Below, piece after piece: positions 39,101-53,491 of a stretch of DNA of 64,000 bases; position 1 is the stretch's first letter, and each line of letters begins with the position of its first letter. The position numbers were made by a program, and so were the translations under genes. The notes beneath the pieces are model-generated. The model saw only the letters and a program-made list of their open reading frames with translations, did not search any database and was not told the origin of the DNA. This stretch comes from Azolla caroliniana. Lineage: Eukaryota > Plantae > Polypodiophyta. The stretch lies in assembly GCA_043228905.1 (NCBI GenBank), contig JBHGNT010000006.1, forward strand, positions 4,898,001 through 4,962,000. The letters are read 5' to 3'.

Positions 39101-42100
39101 ATAATAGCGATCCCATGACAGATCTTTTTTCTCAATTTTAGAGAGTATATCATTGCCTATGGTTTTGAATTGACGTAAAGGAGTCTGACTTCTCCACATC
39201 CTTCTGCTAACCATCTTTGACAACGTTAACGCTTTCTCAGCCAACTGTGCCCAGCCTCTCTTCAAGACAATTTCGAATAAAGCACGCATCAGTCGACCAG
39301 CACTCTACAAAAGAACGGAAAAGATATTAGTCTGTATGCACACAAGGCAGATTAACATGTTGAGCACTAACTCAAAACATGTTCCAAAAGCATATTGTTC
39401 ATATCATGAAGCAGCTGCATTCAAAGAAAATTATAAAAATAGTAATGGGAAGAAGTATGGATGCCCTGAGAAACCTTAGAAATGATTATCACTTTTGGTG
39501 GACACCAATTTATATCGTCTTAAGATTAATTTTGTGACTGTTCTACAACTATCCAAATTGGAACAAATGACTGATGCTGAGTTTAAAATTAGATAAGCAA
39601 AGAATGAATGTGTCACCTAACATTATGCCAAAAGAAACAAGAGGCAAAGCTCACTCTTTGACAATTATAGAATCCATCAATAGTACTGATCTCCAACCAG
39701 TGTACATAATAAAATACATGAGTAAACAAAGAAAATGGGTTTCAGTATCAACACCCAGCATCTATGGCATCAAAAAGAAAGGGTCAATCCAGTCATAAAA
39801 AATCTCTGGTGATGTTAATCTGTGTGGCTGTGAGGACTTATTACAAAAATCTGTGATATCTAGGCCTTTCCTGAATTTTTCAATTTGTAGGGGATGCAAG
39901 TTTTTGCAAAATGTACCAACTAAAAGGAAGTAAGGTATGAGCAATCTGGAGACCATCTAATTGGCGCTGTATATAAAACGGTGTAATGGAAGAAAGACTA
40001 CCAATTCCCAAACTAAAGTAACGCTATATGACTCCACTTCAATTAAGAACAAAATTATTCAATTTAATTAAGTGCATGGATGCTGCAAATTTTAATTAGA
40101 AGCCCATTAAGTACTTAAATAGCCCAAACAAATTCAAAAATAAATGATCAAATTCCCGTAATAGAAGACTGCAATAATTCCAGAAAGACAAACACATACA
40201 GAGAGGGAATGTGTTTATCTGACTTACTTGAGTTACAAAGATCATGTCCGATGTCAGGGAAAGACCTTCCAGCTTTAATTGAGAAATATATGCTTGAAGC
40301 AGAACATTGATCTTTGCACTTGGATCTTCTAGACTCTCCTTGACTGGTATTGGCACTCTCTCTAAAAGCTTTCCAAGTTCCATTTTTTCTTCGTGCCTTA
40401 CTGTCACATATTTAAATTCTTCACTCAGAGAGAAAAGACGGCAAAGCTCAATATCCCCCATAGTCGGTTTCAAATGTTCATTATAAGTTGCCATTGTGCC
40501 ATGTGTAATATAGTAGAAACTTGCAATCCTCCCAAGATCAGTCACTTGAAAATAACCACTCTTCTTATCATACTTAATGAGATTGTTCTTATCCAGAATT
40601 GCTGCCGCAGAGTGAATCAGATCTGCACGCCGTTCCTCTAAAAATTGATCCCTCTCCAAGGCATCCACACCAATGCCATAAAGAACAGGATTGCGAAGCA
40701 TCCTGATGTATAAATAAGTGTAGCCAAGCCATGTGCATGCTTCCTTTGCATTCTGAACTGTCCCGAGTACAATCTCAGCATTGAGGTTATCAGCCAGGCG
40801 TGATATGAATTGACTCTCAATAGGCAATTGCTGGTTCATGAGAGAGAGGTAATATTGCAATTCACTATGCCCAGTTATAATAATACCCTCACCATATGTG
40901 TCAAATTGAGGTCTTCCTGCTCGTCCAAGCATTTGCATAATATCCAAGGGACTTAATTCAGTCCACACACCCTTCTCTGGATTGTATACTTGAGTGCCCT
41001 TTATGATCACTGTATGGGCTGGAAGATTAACACCCCAAGCAAGAGTTGCCGTGGACACTAAAACTTGGATATGTCCATCAGCAAAAAGATCTTCAACTAA
41101 TGTTCTATCTCGTCTCATCATTCCAGCATGATGAATTGCAAAACCATACAGTAGCAGATCACGCAAATCAGTGTTCTTAACCGACTCTGTTTCTGTTTGA
41201 AGAATCTCTCGACTTGCACTATCTTCCTTTAGAAACCTTCCTAGCATGTCACTTGCAAGTGCCTTGTCTCTAATGTATCTTGCAGTCTTGGCAGTTTCTT
41301 TTCTAGAGTGAACAAAGACCAAGACCTGATGTTTTCCAGCTGATTGCAACACTTTGTCGAAGCATATCTCATTCATTAGTTCAAATCTTGTAAAAGCCTT
41401 CTTTGCAGTGATCCCAATGTATTGCTGAGCCAACGGGCATGGACGGTAACTGTTATCAAAGAAGAACAAGCCTTTTGATTTATCCACCCTTAAAAATAAA
41501 GCTACATCTTCATAGTTTGGAAGAGTTGCAGAGAGACCAACAAGGCGAATCATCTCATGAGTGGTTTCTATCTGTCTTACAGTTCTTGCCACTATACTCT
41601 CAAGCACAGGCCCTCGATTATCATGAAGAAGATGAATTTCATCTATGATCAAGAGCTTTACCAATTGTGTATATGTTCGATCACCGGACTTTCTTGTTAT
41701 AATATCCCATTTTTCTGGAGTGGTGACTATTACTTGGGTTTCTTCAATCTGCTGCTTGGATAAAGTCTGATCTCCTGTCAGTTCTTTCACAGAGATCCCA
41801 TATGACTCTAAACGTTTGGACAGATTTCCAACAACTTCTGCTACCAGAGCTTTCATTGGTGCCACATAAACTACCTTGAATTTCTTTAAATCAACTGTGC
41901 CATCTTCTAGTCTATTCACTCCAATCTCATGAAGAATTGTGAGCATTGCAACATTAGTCTTACCAGCACCAGTGGGTGCACAAAGGAGCAGATTCTCAGG
42001 TGTGAAAAGAGCTGTCTCGTAAACCTTACTTTGAATTCGGTTTAAGGACCTCATTTCAGGAAAAGCTGGTTGTGCCCAATCGGGCATATCTGTAATTTTC

Positions 42101-43566
42101 ACCATTTCTTCACCTTCAGCAATTGGTTTTGGCTTCAAATGAGGTACATGAATTTCTTCATAACCCTTCTGGGTCTTTCTATAGGACTCAGGAGGCAATT
42201 CACACTTCTTATTTGACATCAATAAACCTCCTTGATGGAAAGTTAATTGTTCCAAGTCAAGCATTTGATACTGACCTTTTGCCCACCCAGCAGAACCAGA
42301 ACCATCTCTCTCATGTTGACTCCCTCTAACCATCTCTCCTCCATCATCTCTCAGCTTTCTTGCTTCTTCTCTAATGCTTCGCTCAAGGTTCTTCTGCCTT
42401 TCTTTAGCAGTTGCTCTTGTAGCATGTAGTTGTTCCAAAATCACAGAAAGAGCTGAGCCTCCTTGGCTCATTTCCTCCTCTATCTTCTTCCTTTCATTAT
42501 CATCCTCAGCCCTTACAAGCCGTGTGCACCATACAATCTTAAATCGATTCCTTATAAGTATCTTAATCAGATCAAATTTATTATAATCAAGTAGCATCAC
42601 AAGGCGATTCTCCACTTCTCTATCATCTCCTTCAGCTAGCATTTTCAATACATCTTCGGCTAGCTTTTGGCATTGTTGTGGATCAATATTTCCATAAGCT
42701 TGGCTTATTTTTCTTTGAAGCCAATAAGCATCTATATCCTGAGGGTTCAACCCTTCATCAGCTTCTTCGATATCATCATCATCTAAACCACCCATTTGCA
42801 TGCCTTCTGCTTCGGCATCCAGGACATCTTCATCTTCATCACTCTCTTGAACTTCGTCCAAGTCGCTCTCTTCATCTTCTTCTTCCTCTTCAAACTCAAC
42901 AGCAACACCAATATCATCATCTAGAGCTTCACCGGCACCACCCCCTCCTCCAACATCAGATCCATCATTATAATCCTTGATGAGCTTTCCTATCTGTACC
43001 AGCTGCGCGTATTTATCTGACGGCATCGAATTAAGCAACTTGTCAATATCTTTCTTCTTGTCAGGGTCCTTGATCTTATCGTTCTTAAGCACAGCAAGAA
43101 CTTCATCTGCAGCACCTCTGAGTATATCTTGAGGTTGATCTCCAAACTGGTGTTGGATAAGGCTAAGCAATGCTTCATACGCAGCTCGAGTTTCTTTAGT
43201 CTTAGGCCGATACATTCCATCTTCAACTATGTTCAAAACACTTGCTTCTTGAGACATTCTCTGTCTCTTGCTTGGCTTCTTGGGTGGCACAAGATCAGAG
43301 GAAGCAGCAGCAGCATCCTTCTCTCTGTTTTCTCTGTTTCTCTTAGATTTCTTGAGCTTTTCTTCAAGCTCTGGCGGGCGTCCATGGTATACTCTGTCAC
43401 CGAACCTTCTCGGATCAATTTTCCCCCACAATGTTTCAGGTTCTCCCGTGGGTTCATGTGTATCACGTGGACGTGTGTCTGTGGTGAGAACTAAGCTAGA
43501 ATTTGCTCTATATTCGTACTGTTTGAAGCGAGCGTGAGCTTCTGCTCCTCCTCCGAGGTGAGCCAT
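36125..43566 (-). CDS. BRR2: U5 snRNP 200-kDa DExH helicase (BRR2); exons 40228-43566 and 36125-39304, 2172 aa
   Basis: [28 protein letters not shown]-terminus, two helicase cassettes ([12 protein letters not shown]; [12 protein letters not shown]) and Sec63 domains. A single phase-0 intron joins FVTQ|SAGRLMRA. Confidence 0.98.
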
Positions 43567-44669
43567 GGCTACCAGAATTGTGCTTTTCTCCTGTCTACGC
43601 TACTATGCAGAGGGAAGGAAGGAAACAGGGTACCTGTGCAAAAGCTCTTCGTTCGTTTGTTCGCTAGCTCGCTCGCTTTCTGCGAGGGAGAGAGAGAGAG
43701 AGAGAGAGCAAACCGATCTGTCTGTTAAGTTGTGTTGTGTTTTCTATCTCCTGATCTCTCTCCTCTCCTGTGTGAGGAAACAGGGGATGAAAGAAGAAGC
43801 AAAAAGGTCCTCCTTCCTTCTCCAGCTGCAGAGTTTCCCTTTGTATATATATACTCTCTCTCTGTTAAAACCGACCTAGGTCAGACTGAATATGTACATA
43901 CTTCCTTCCTTCCTTCTACTACTACTACCACTACTACTTTCTGTTCTAACTTTGGCCAAGACTACAGTCTACACTTAAATTCCCACCCAAATTTGGGTCC
44001 CTGTTTCATTCAAATTCAACGCGCTACAAACCCACCACTTTTTCTTGTGTTCTTTTCCAGAGGATGAACTGTTACTTCCCTATCCTAATCTTCCACTTCA
44101 CATGTGTGTCGTTGCTCTTTTCGACTGATGACATTTCACCACATATAGACCCCAGTCGCACATCACACAAACGTCCCTTTCTATTTCTGACCTATATATA
44201 TTACGTATGTAGTTGGCAGTGTTTCTCCTTGTTACATCATCCTATATTATGTGGCCTAGTTATATATATGTTATGGTTGCAATACAAGCCCCAACATTTT
44301 CTAGTTGAGTGACTCGTTGCGTGGAGTAAGCAAATAATAATTGTTATAGTGATCACAATGGTTTCTCGAACAAATATGTAACCATCAATCAAGATGGAGT
44401 GGAGGGTTCACATTATGTTAACTCCATTGCGTTTTCCCATTTAGTGTGTCCTTATAAACAAACAACATCTCTCGCAAGGGTCGAATCCTAAGGTTTAAGG
44501 GCTCCTCATTTCTTTCGTCTCACCAGAACATGGAAGTTTTCTCCAATAACTTTTACATGGTTATGATTATGAAGAGTCATTGGAAGCAAGGGAGATGTGA
44601 TAGATAAACAAGCAAATTGATGACAAATGCATGAAACAATCCATCACCTATCATTACTTGATGTTGACA

Positions 44670-45005
44670 AGTGAGCATTTGAAATTACATAAGATCTCAA
44701 GAGCATTTGAATTGCAAAAGATCACAACACGAGGGGACATTTGGAACACTAGAAGATCTTGAGGGTCGTGGAACTGCATAAGACGGTGACATAATAATAA
44801 GTGTACATGAGATCTGAAGAGAATTTCAAATTATAGTATTTGAATTTGCATAAGATCATGAGGTTCGGTAGAACTTTAGAGCTACATATAGATCACGAAG
44901 CGAGGGGACATTCAAGATCGCATAAGAACATGAGATAAGAAAACACTTGGAAGCTAGGTAAGACCACAAGGGCGTTTAGAGCTGCATGAGATCTTGAGAA
45001 TGCGA
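44670..45005. repeat. Degenerate ~27-33-bp minisatellite
   Basis: Recurrent CATTTGAA(A)TTGCATAAGATC-like units, and CGAGGGGACATT twice. Confidence 0.6.
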
Positions 45006-45043
45006 GCATGGCGGGTTCGATTGATGGGAATTTGGTGGAAGGC

Positions 45044-45203
45044 TAGGAATCGGCAACGGTTCTGTGTCGGTTGAACCGGTTTGGCCTTGTCCAAACCAAA
45101 CCAGGTAAGCCATAACCGGTGTGATAGTTTTCAAACTTGAACTTAACCGGCTCTTAAACCGGTTAAGGCTTAACAGGTTTGGCCAAACCGGTTTAGTGAC
45201 TCT
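45044..45203. mobile_element. AACCGG/CGGTT-rich MITE-like element (hAT-type subterminal pattern)
   Basis: Dense AACCGG(TT) motifs in both orientations within ~160 bp. Termini are degenerate. Confidence 0.45.
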
Positions 45204-45330
45204 CTGTGTGCAAGAATTGCATTCCCGGAACCTCCACTAACTAAATATAGTGGAGTTGTTTCAAACCCAAACAAAAGCGCACTTCAATTTTGCTGTGCCG
45301 CCTCTTCTGCTCGGCTCTGCTCTTGTAGAC

Positions 45331-48300
45331 ATGGAATCTCTCCTGTCGAGAATCACACCATTCAGGGCAACTTCTTCCCCGATCTCCTCTGGATCTTCAG
45401 ATTCTCCGCCCCTCCCGCCTCAATTATGTACCTGTCCTCCTCTCGTCAAATCATCTTCCTATGTCTCATTGAGGGCTGCTCAAGTATCAGAAAATCCTTC
45501 CAGAAATTCAGATTTAACTTGTTCGCCCATGCCGTCCTCTCGATTCAGCATTCCTTTGCTTCTCAGATTTCTGTGGTTTTTAGACAGAAAAAACTCAGGG
45601 TTTCAGGCTATTGAAGACGGGCTCTGTAAAGAAACGAATGCATCTATTTTAGGGCTCAATACAGGAAATGATGAAAAAGGAGATGATCAGAAGGAAGAAG
45701 AATGTTTCGATCCAGAGCATAGATCTTGTTTTTTCTCAAATGCAAAAGATTGTTCAGATCTAGAAAATGTGTCTTCTTCATATTTTTCGAGTTTGGGGTC
45801 TACGAGGGGAAATGGGCAGAAAGCAGAAAGCGATTTTGTTGAAAAAACCATGGCTTCTTTCCCAAATGAACCATGTGGAGATGGCACAATACCATTCCCA
45901 TCCCCATCTCCCGAAGGTGACACATGCAATGCTGATTCTGCACAAATTTCTCCTCCTATTGATGCAAGAATAGATAGATCTGCACATGATTTAAAGCTCC
46001 TTACAATCATAAAGGGTTTGTTAGCCAGACTTTCAGAGCTTGGGAGAGATTCAAAGATAAAGGCCACTGAAAGGCAGCCCCTGGAATTTCCAGAAGTGAA
46101 CGTTGACAGTGATCCAAAACACATTTCTTCTCATCCACACCAAAATTCCTATCCAAAATCATCAGAATTAGATAGTAAAGGCACGATTTTGGAACAGAAT
46201 GAGTGTTATGGAGACAATGCTTGTTGTGAGAATGGCTGCACACTATTGGAGATACCTTATACAAGATCTATTCATACAAAGGAGTCATTCTCGAAGTTTT
46301 TGCAGGATGCATCCTTGTTTGACATGAAGGTCTTCGCCCCATTGTCATTTCTTTGTGATATGGCGTATATGATCCCTAAGATTCAGGTAGTATTTATACA
46401 TTCTTAGTCCCACATCGATGCATATACATGCATAATTCTGCTTCCTATATATGATATATGTCTTACACATCTATGTCTATATTGTGAACGCCAGATGTAA
46501 TATGTTTGCATAACCTATCCCATTTCTCTGTCCAACCACTTATCACCTTACTTTGGCATTAAGAATGCCACTGTCCCATACCATAGTTATGATCTTTGCG
46601 CTTGTACCATTGTCACCATGGTGTCGATGATACCAATAAGATAACACAAAAGAGAAGAGAAAGACCCAAAGAGAGCACATTAAGGTAGCCTTATCACTAT
46701 TAATCATGGTGGAGGCTAGAAAAATGATGTAAATCATATTGAATAGAATTATAGAAGTAAAGAGAGAGCAATGAGTTAACTCGATAGAGAAGTAGTAAAG
46801 AGCTGATGCAAGATGACATAGGGGGAGTCATACCACCACCATCATGTTGAAGGTGAGAGCAAAAATGTAACTCAAGAGAGGATTGTCACCACCTCTACCA
46901 TGGTTAAGTTGAGAGCAATAAGGTAACTCAAGGGGATAGAAGATGCTGCAAATATAAGTTCATATAAGGGTAGGTAGCTGCTTTACGTTATCATGAAACC
47001 ATAATTCGATTCCTTACCATAGCTTTCCATATTGCATCCAACCATATGGGTGGGGTAAACTTTGCATACCTAACCATAATCAAAAGACTTGTAAACATGC
47101 ATGCCAATATGTTGCTTGAAAGTCGTACAAAAAGGGCCCAACAATGCCATAAATACCTACCACATCAGCTTTGCGGTGTTGCTGAATGCCTCTTTCTCTT
47201 ATGTTCTTTTGTATGAAGTGTTCAATCACGTTAAAAGTTTCATGCAACACGTTGTGATGTGCGTGTGTTTACAAGCCTCTTGGCAATAGTAAACTTTGAG
47301 AAGTTTACCTTTTACAATGGTAACTTTCCATGCCTGGTTAAAACTTGGTCTATTGGCTACCTAAAGTTATGCTATTGTCTACTGCATGTTTGTATCTAAT
47401 TTGTTTTGACACAGTCAGGGAATCTCTTGAAACGCCATCGCCTTCGGTATGTGACATCTTCAGTTGACAAAAAGGCAGAGTTAGAAGCCAATGTGAAGAA
47501 AGCTGAATTGTTGAGTAAACCCACTGAAAAAGAGACTATGAATGATGGAAAAAGTAAATCAAAATCAAGCGAGGTCAATAATGTTCTAGAAGCTAAAGCT
47601 AAAGTAACTTCTGATCAATCATTGGCATCTGGGTCAAAGGATTTCAATAAAAGCTTAGAGACTGCAATAGAATCTCAGTTTGATCTTTGGGATATTGCAA
47701 ACAGTTTAACAATGCAAGGTTTTAGTGAAGAAAACAGATTGAACTTGGAGGATTCTTCTATTGAAATAAACAGATTGCAATTGGAGGATTCCCTTGTTGA
47801 AGTAGCACCAGCAAAGGCTGTTCTGGTTGCTGAGGAGGATACAAAAAAGAGTGTGGCAGAGGATTTGCAATCATCTCATTCTTGTCCTTGTGAATGGTTT
47901 GTTTGCGACGATCCCAGTTCTAGTACCAGATTTTTCGTGATACAGGTAATGTTGTTTGAGGGGCTTATGCCATTTATACTGAAATCAAAACTGGGTTTGT
48001 TTATTTATTAAAGGATATCATTCTTTATGAAAATGATAGTGCAGGGCTCAGAAACTCTGGCATCATGGCTAACTAATTTATCTTTTAAACCAACAAACTT
48101 TGAGGTTAGTCGGAAGTTGTCAGGTTTTTAAAATTTCGATCATATAAACGTAATAGGAGATTTGATGGGTTGCTAATATTTCAGGGATTGGATATTCTTG
48201 TCCATCATGGCATTTATGAAGCTGGAAAGGGTCTTTATGAGCAAGTTCTTCCAGAGATTCTTGCTCATTTAGCCAAACACGGTGACCGCGCTCAAATCCG

Positions 48301-49464
48301 ATTGACTGGACATTCCTTGGGCGGAAGTCTTGCTATCATTCTTGCCCTCATGTTCCAGATTCGAGGTGTACTTACTAATAAAGCTTTACTTCCAGTAGTG
48401 ACATTTGGCTCTCCTTGTATGATGTGTGGTGGTGATATTCTTCTCCAGAGATTAAAGCTTCCGAGGAATCACATACAGTCCATCATCATGCACCGAGATA
48501 TAGTACCGCGTGCTTTTTCTTGCGACTATCCTGATCATGTTGCACATGTGTTGAAGAGACTTAATGGGAGGTTTCGGAATCACCCATGCTTGAATAACCA
48601 GGTATTGGTTATTAATTCATATTTTGCATGATACTTTTAACTTTCCAAGATGATTTTTCTCCTTTTTTTTGGGGGGGGAGGGGTGGTGGTGGTTACTCTA
48701 AAGTATGTGATCAAAGCACACAGATCTGGAAATATTCATTTGGTTCCTATGCGTTCACTGGAAGGGTTTTCTAAGCCCTTTTTTTTTGTCAACAGAAATT
48801 GTTATACACTCCAATGGGTCAAATCTTTGTCTTACAACCAAAAGAGAGTGCAGCCCCACCCCATGCTTTACTACCATGTGGGCATGGACTCTACCTTTTA
48901 CGTCACCCAGTTAATGGCAAAGATACTAAGCATGACATCGAACTTCGGGCAGCTCAAAGAGCTTTCTTAAACATGCCTCATCCATTAGAAACCCTCAGTG
49001 ACCCTGGTTCATATGGTTTAAATGGAACCATCTCTCGAGATCACAATCCTTCTAGTTACACGGAAGCTATTGACATGGCTCTTAGATATGAGGTTAAAAG
49101 ACTCCGGCGCTTGCAACGTGAGCAGAGAAGACAAATGATGCAGCCTGCTGTGATTGCCGAGTCATCTGTTTATCTCAAGAAAGGTACTACTAAGCTAGGT
49201 TTACATGTGGAGCCAATAGTGAAGCACAGACCACTCATGCTGTCGATGGGTAAAACATTGACATTTGTGCAATCTGTGAATTATGGAACTAGTAACTTGA
49301 ATCGAGTTGCATTGGATAGGATGCCTATATGGGCATCCTATAAGAATGCATTTGGTCGATATGCGGTAACTATTGCATCGAAGCATGTTCAAGTAGGAAT
49401 GCTGTTTGTTGTTTCGCTCCGCGTGGTCATGTTACAATGGCTTTCAACCCTGTCATGGGTATAA
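45331..49464 (+). CDS. Class 3 lipase / phospholipase A1 of the PLIP family; exons 45331-46386, 47415-47945, 48045-48104, 48185-48601, 48796-49464
   Basis: GHSLGG nucleophile motif, SFSKFL...[19 protein letters not shown]...[31 protein letters not shown] and [13 protein letters not shown]. All introns are phase 0, GT-AG. Confidence 0.92.
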
Positions 49465-49949
49465 TGGCATCCACACTTACAGGTCAACCCTCTATTTTTT
49501 GTGTGTTTTAAGGATTGATAAACATATAAACTTAAGCGGATGCTGCTCTCATATATAATAGCATCCATTTGTCACAAGGTTCACTGAATATCTATGATAC
49601 AAATAGTCATCACTCTCCTTTTTGCACTCTGGAATTGATATTATATGGCTTTCCATACATAAGGGAATTTGGTTTGCTTAATGATATGTATATTATGGTT
49701 TGATTTTGCCTCGTTTTTAGGTACCATATCATAACTTATCAATGGTAACACATCCAGATTTTAGCATTTATGGAGGGTTGATAATGTATATGAACTTGTT
49801 TCTTGTGTTCGTTTGGTGTCATGCTATGTTATTTTGATACAAATGTTCAAATGATGTATGCCTAATGACCAAAATCTTTTGCAATGTGAAGAAAAAATAA
49901 TTTGACTATCAACAAGACGTTAATTTAAGACATTGGAAACCTAATGAAC

Positions 49950-50650
49950 AAGTCATTGCACCTTGGTAAGGAACCGTCACTAAATTTGTGTGCATATATG
50001 AGATAAGTAGATTCATATTGACTCTTGGTGGTCAAGAATTTTACTGTTTGGTATCAATTGAAAGCCTCGTTGTGACAATGACATATGTGTGTAGGGATTG
50101 GACTAGGTTTGACAATGTATGGAATGCAAAACTTGAAGGTTGAGCATTGTATCAAAAAGGTGGAAGGTGTACTTGAAGCTCAATCTTAGAGATCTTTGGA
50201 TTTTGTTGAAGTATTTCTCTAGAATGTGCATGTTTTGCACAGTTTTCTAGGAACATAATTGACATCAAATTATCAAGTGTCTATTGGCAAGAGTTATCTG
50301 GAAATTTATGTGGGTTTCTATAAATACAATGTTGAAACCCCCAATTCCAAGGGTGTTTAGTCATGTGGAGTCGAGAACACCTTTTATGCATTTTGAGACA
50401 CCTTTCATTATTTAAGGTATTAGGGATTACAACATAATTGGTGTATGCAGAATGCCTTATTTTAGATGCTCAATATGGGGTTCACAGTCACATTTGATGA
50501 TTAAAAGGCATATTGGTATGTCAATTCTCCTCGGCGAAGACTTTAGAGAGGTTGGCATAGGAGGAATTAGGGATTTCTTGGTTGGCAAGGCATCGTGTCC
50601 ATCATTTACATAGGCACTAATCACATGAGACTATATAGGTCGATACAAAT
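49950..50650 (+). mobile_element. Possible L1-like LINE remnant (post-RT region)
   Basis: Fragments such as DNVWNAKLE and RVIWKFMW followed by a P...GV(L)-like segment resemble the L1 RxFLW...PxxxGGLG region. Heavily degenerate. Confidence 0.35.
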
Positions 50651-53491
50651 GTATCTAGAGATGAGGGATGTTATGGAAACCTTGATTGATTTTGTGGTAA
50701 ATCAATAGGATATCTATTTCATTGCGTGTAACTCGACTTTCTTAATTAATATATTTCTAGTTATGGGAAAAAGAGCGAGTACAATAGATTGACAAAGTCA
50801 TATGTAAGCAAAAAGAGAGATAGCACAGTTAATGTATCAAAACAAGGGATGATTGCACGATGATAACAACTAATTAACTATATAAATGCAAATGCTCAAA
50901 AGCTTGAACATACCAACAAAAAACATGACATTGTGATTTGATGAAGTAGAAAAAATGTTGTTACCGCAATGAGGACAAACATCTATGGAAAGCGAGAACA
51001 AACCGAACATACATACAAGTGGGCAACATTACAACTACAAGGTGTGTTTGTGATGAGAACAAGACATGTAGGCATTGCCAGGGTTATATTTATAGTAAAC
51101 ATAATTACATGGGGATATATATATAAATAGAGGCAAAAGTTTATTTGCCCTAAAATTTCTGACTCAGATTATATGTCACTCTTTACATCACTATGAATGG
51201 TAAACTCAGGCTTCATTAGAGTTTATGATGCCTTTATTGACCTCTGTTTAGGGACTATTGTTTATATCACTGTATTTTATGGAGCTCTGTTTAGGGGTCG
51301 TTGTATTTAGCTGTTTAGCTCCTTCTCTATTTTACATTATGTTTAATGTATTTTTTGTATGCTATTTTTTAATCTAGATCTAATTAGTAATTTTTATTTG
51401 TACCATTTTTTGAAGTAGCTTTAATTAGGGTCTCTGATATTAAATGAGTTGAGGATTATTAAATGAATTAATGTGGCATTATGGTTAAGTTCTATATAAT
51501 TAGTTCGTACATTCAGAATTCTGTGTCGTAGTATTCATTTGGGTCTTCTTTAATTTTAGTTAGGCAGCAAATTTTATGAAGAAAAAAATTCGTCCCTTCT
51601 ATCATGCTCATTGCGTGTCTCTTGCAATGCATATATAGATTTGATGATCAGAGATGATAAAGAAGAGTTAATTTTGTGTTCAAAATCATCCTAAAAAGAC
51701 ATTGTTTTGGTATACTATCTTTTCAACTCCATAAACGTAATCAGAATCAATATGGTTATAATGCCAATAACAACGTCAGGGAGAATTTGGCAAGGATTAG
51801 AAAGAGGAAGGGCACAAGAAGGTGCTGGTTTTTTGGCTTGGTATCTTCTATGTGTGATATCAATCAATAGTTATGAGCCAAAAGGTGCCTTATTTTATAC
51901 TATTGCCAGTTGAACTTTTGCCTGATTTTGTCTTGGATGATATAATTCTACTCATAAATGGGTGGCTCTTTAATTAGTTTTAGCTTAGTGTGAGTTTCAG
52001 CGAGGATTAAAGAATGAAGGTATCCGAGAAGGTGCTGCAATGTATTGCTTGGTATCTTCAATGAAGTTCTAATTACACTTGAAATGAGCTGAAATATGTT
52101 GTAATTTTCATGCCTCTGGAAGGATTGAAAATGTTTGTAATTTCATAGCTCAGTAGGATTGGACATATTTTGTTAAATCATAGGTTGGAAAGATTGGAGA
52201 GTGTTGCAATTCATGGTTGGGAAATATGGAAGAGCTGTTGTCAATCATAGTCCTGCAAGGAGTGGTGTGGTTGGAAGGATTTTCTGGCTTTTGGTGGGAA
52301 ATCACAAAGAAGTTTCGGGACTCTCTGGAAAAGCACAGAACAATATGCTGTAGTTAAATAATGTTGTAATTCATAATGAATACATTTTTGAGGCCATGAT
52401 CTTGGTCTAAACTGTTTGAGGGCTCGTTAGGTTTGTGTCATATGACATAGAGATAGATCGATCAATGAAGAAGCCACATCTATTTGGCTTTCTTGACATG
52501 TGAATGGAATGAATTCTTTCAGCTTTGGTTTTAAGAACTTGCCCAGCTATCCAAAATTGTGCTGCAAATTTATTTTTGGCTGAACATAATCATTTATAGG
52601 CTCAAACGCACTTTGTCATATGAACTTCAAAGTGTTTGTGGTAGGTATGGTTTGGTTAATAGGGATGTTTGAATCAAATCTTAAAAACACTCTCAAAACT
52701 CCATAAGATAATTGACACAGAGATTTGCTTTGAAATCTTTCATCTACAGAGATTACATTATTGAAACAAATTTCATCTCCGCTTCTTTACTGATTTACTT
52801 TGACCTTGTTAAGTTGCAATTGCATATCATTAACCCCATTTAATAAAGAAAATGGCATAGTGATTATCTCCATGCACAGACAGTATCCACAACCTCTGTA
52901 CGTAGTGTACTTCTAAAGATAAGGATAAGGGTAGTTACCAACTATATCCACTGCTCCAAGATTGCAAACATTAACTTGGTTATTTGATTACAATTCAACC
53001 TATGCAAAATCGGCAGAGTTCAAACTATTCTAGCAGATAGTTTTTGCTACTATGTAGATGCTAATTAACATGATGTATTTAAGCCTATCTATCACACACA
53101 TACATCAACTAAAAACCTCATATACTATATTCTCCTCCACACCATGAATATCATTGAATTATGATAGTTGCAATAAATTAAAATGAAACGAATCTGGAAG
53201 TAAAAAAAAAGTTACATTATATACTTTTTTTACAACATATTTAGCTCTACAGAACTGTTCGGCTCTTTCTCAGATACTCTAGGATTTACATTTTTGAACA
53301 TTGACATTACCATTTAGAACAAGCCTAACACAATCTTGCTTCTGGTCTTCATCACCATTAAAAAACCTGCACACCATCATAATTTGGTTCCGTCTACAAA
53401 ACTACATATAAAAGCCTAGACCTAGCAACTAAAAACGTATAAATAGAACAACAAAAAGGCTTCCAAAAAAGAGACCTAGAATATCTATTCT

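Noticed and set aside
17123-43566. Functional splicing gene cluster (SR45a-like, PP1, BRR2)
   Set aside because: The genes are interspersed with unrelated genes and differ in orientation. Co-location is plausibly chance without synteny evidence.
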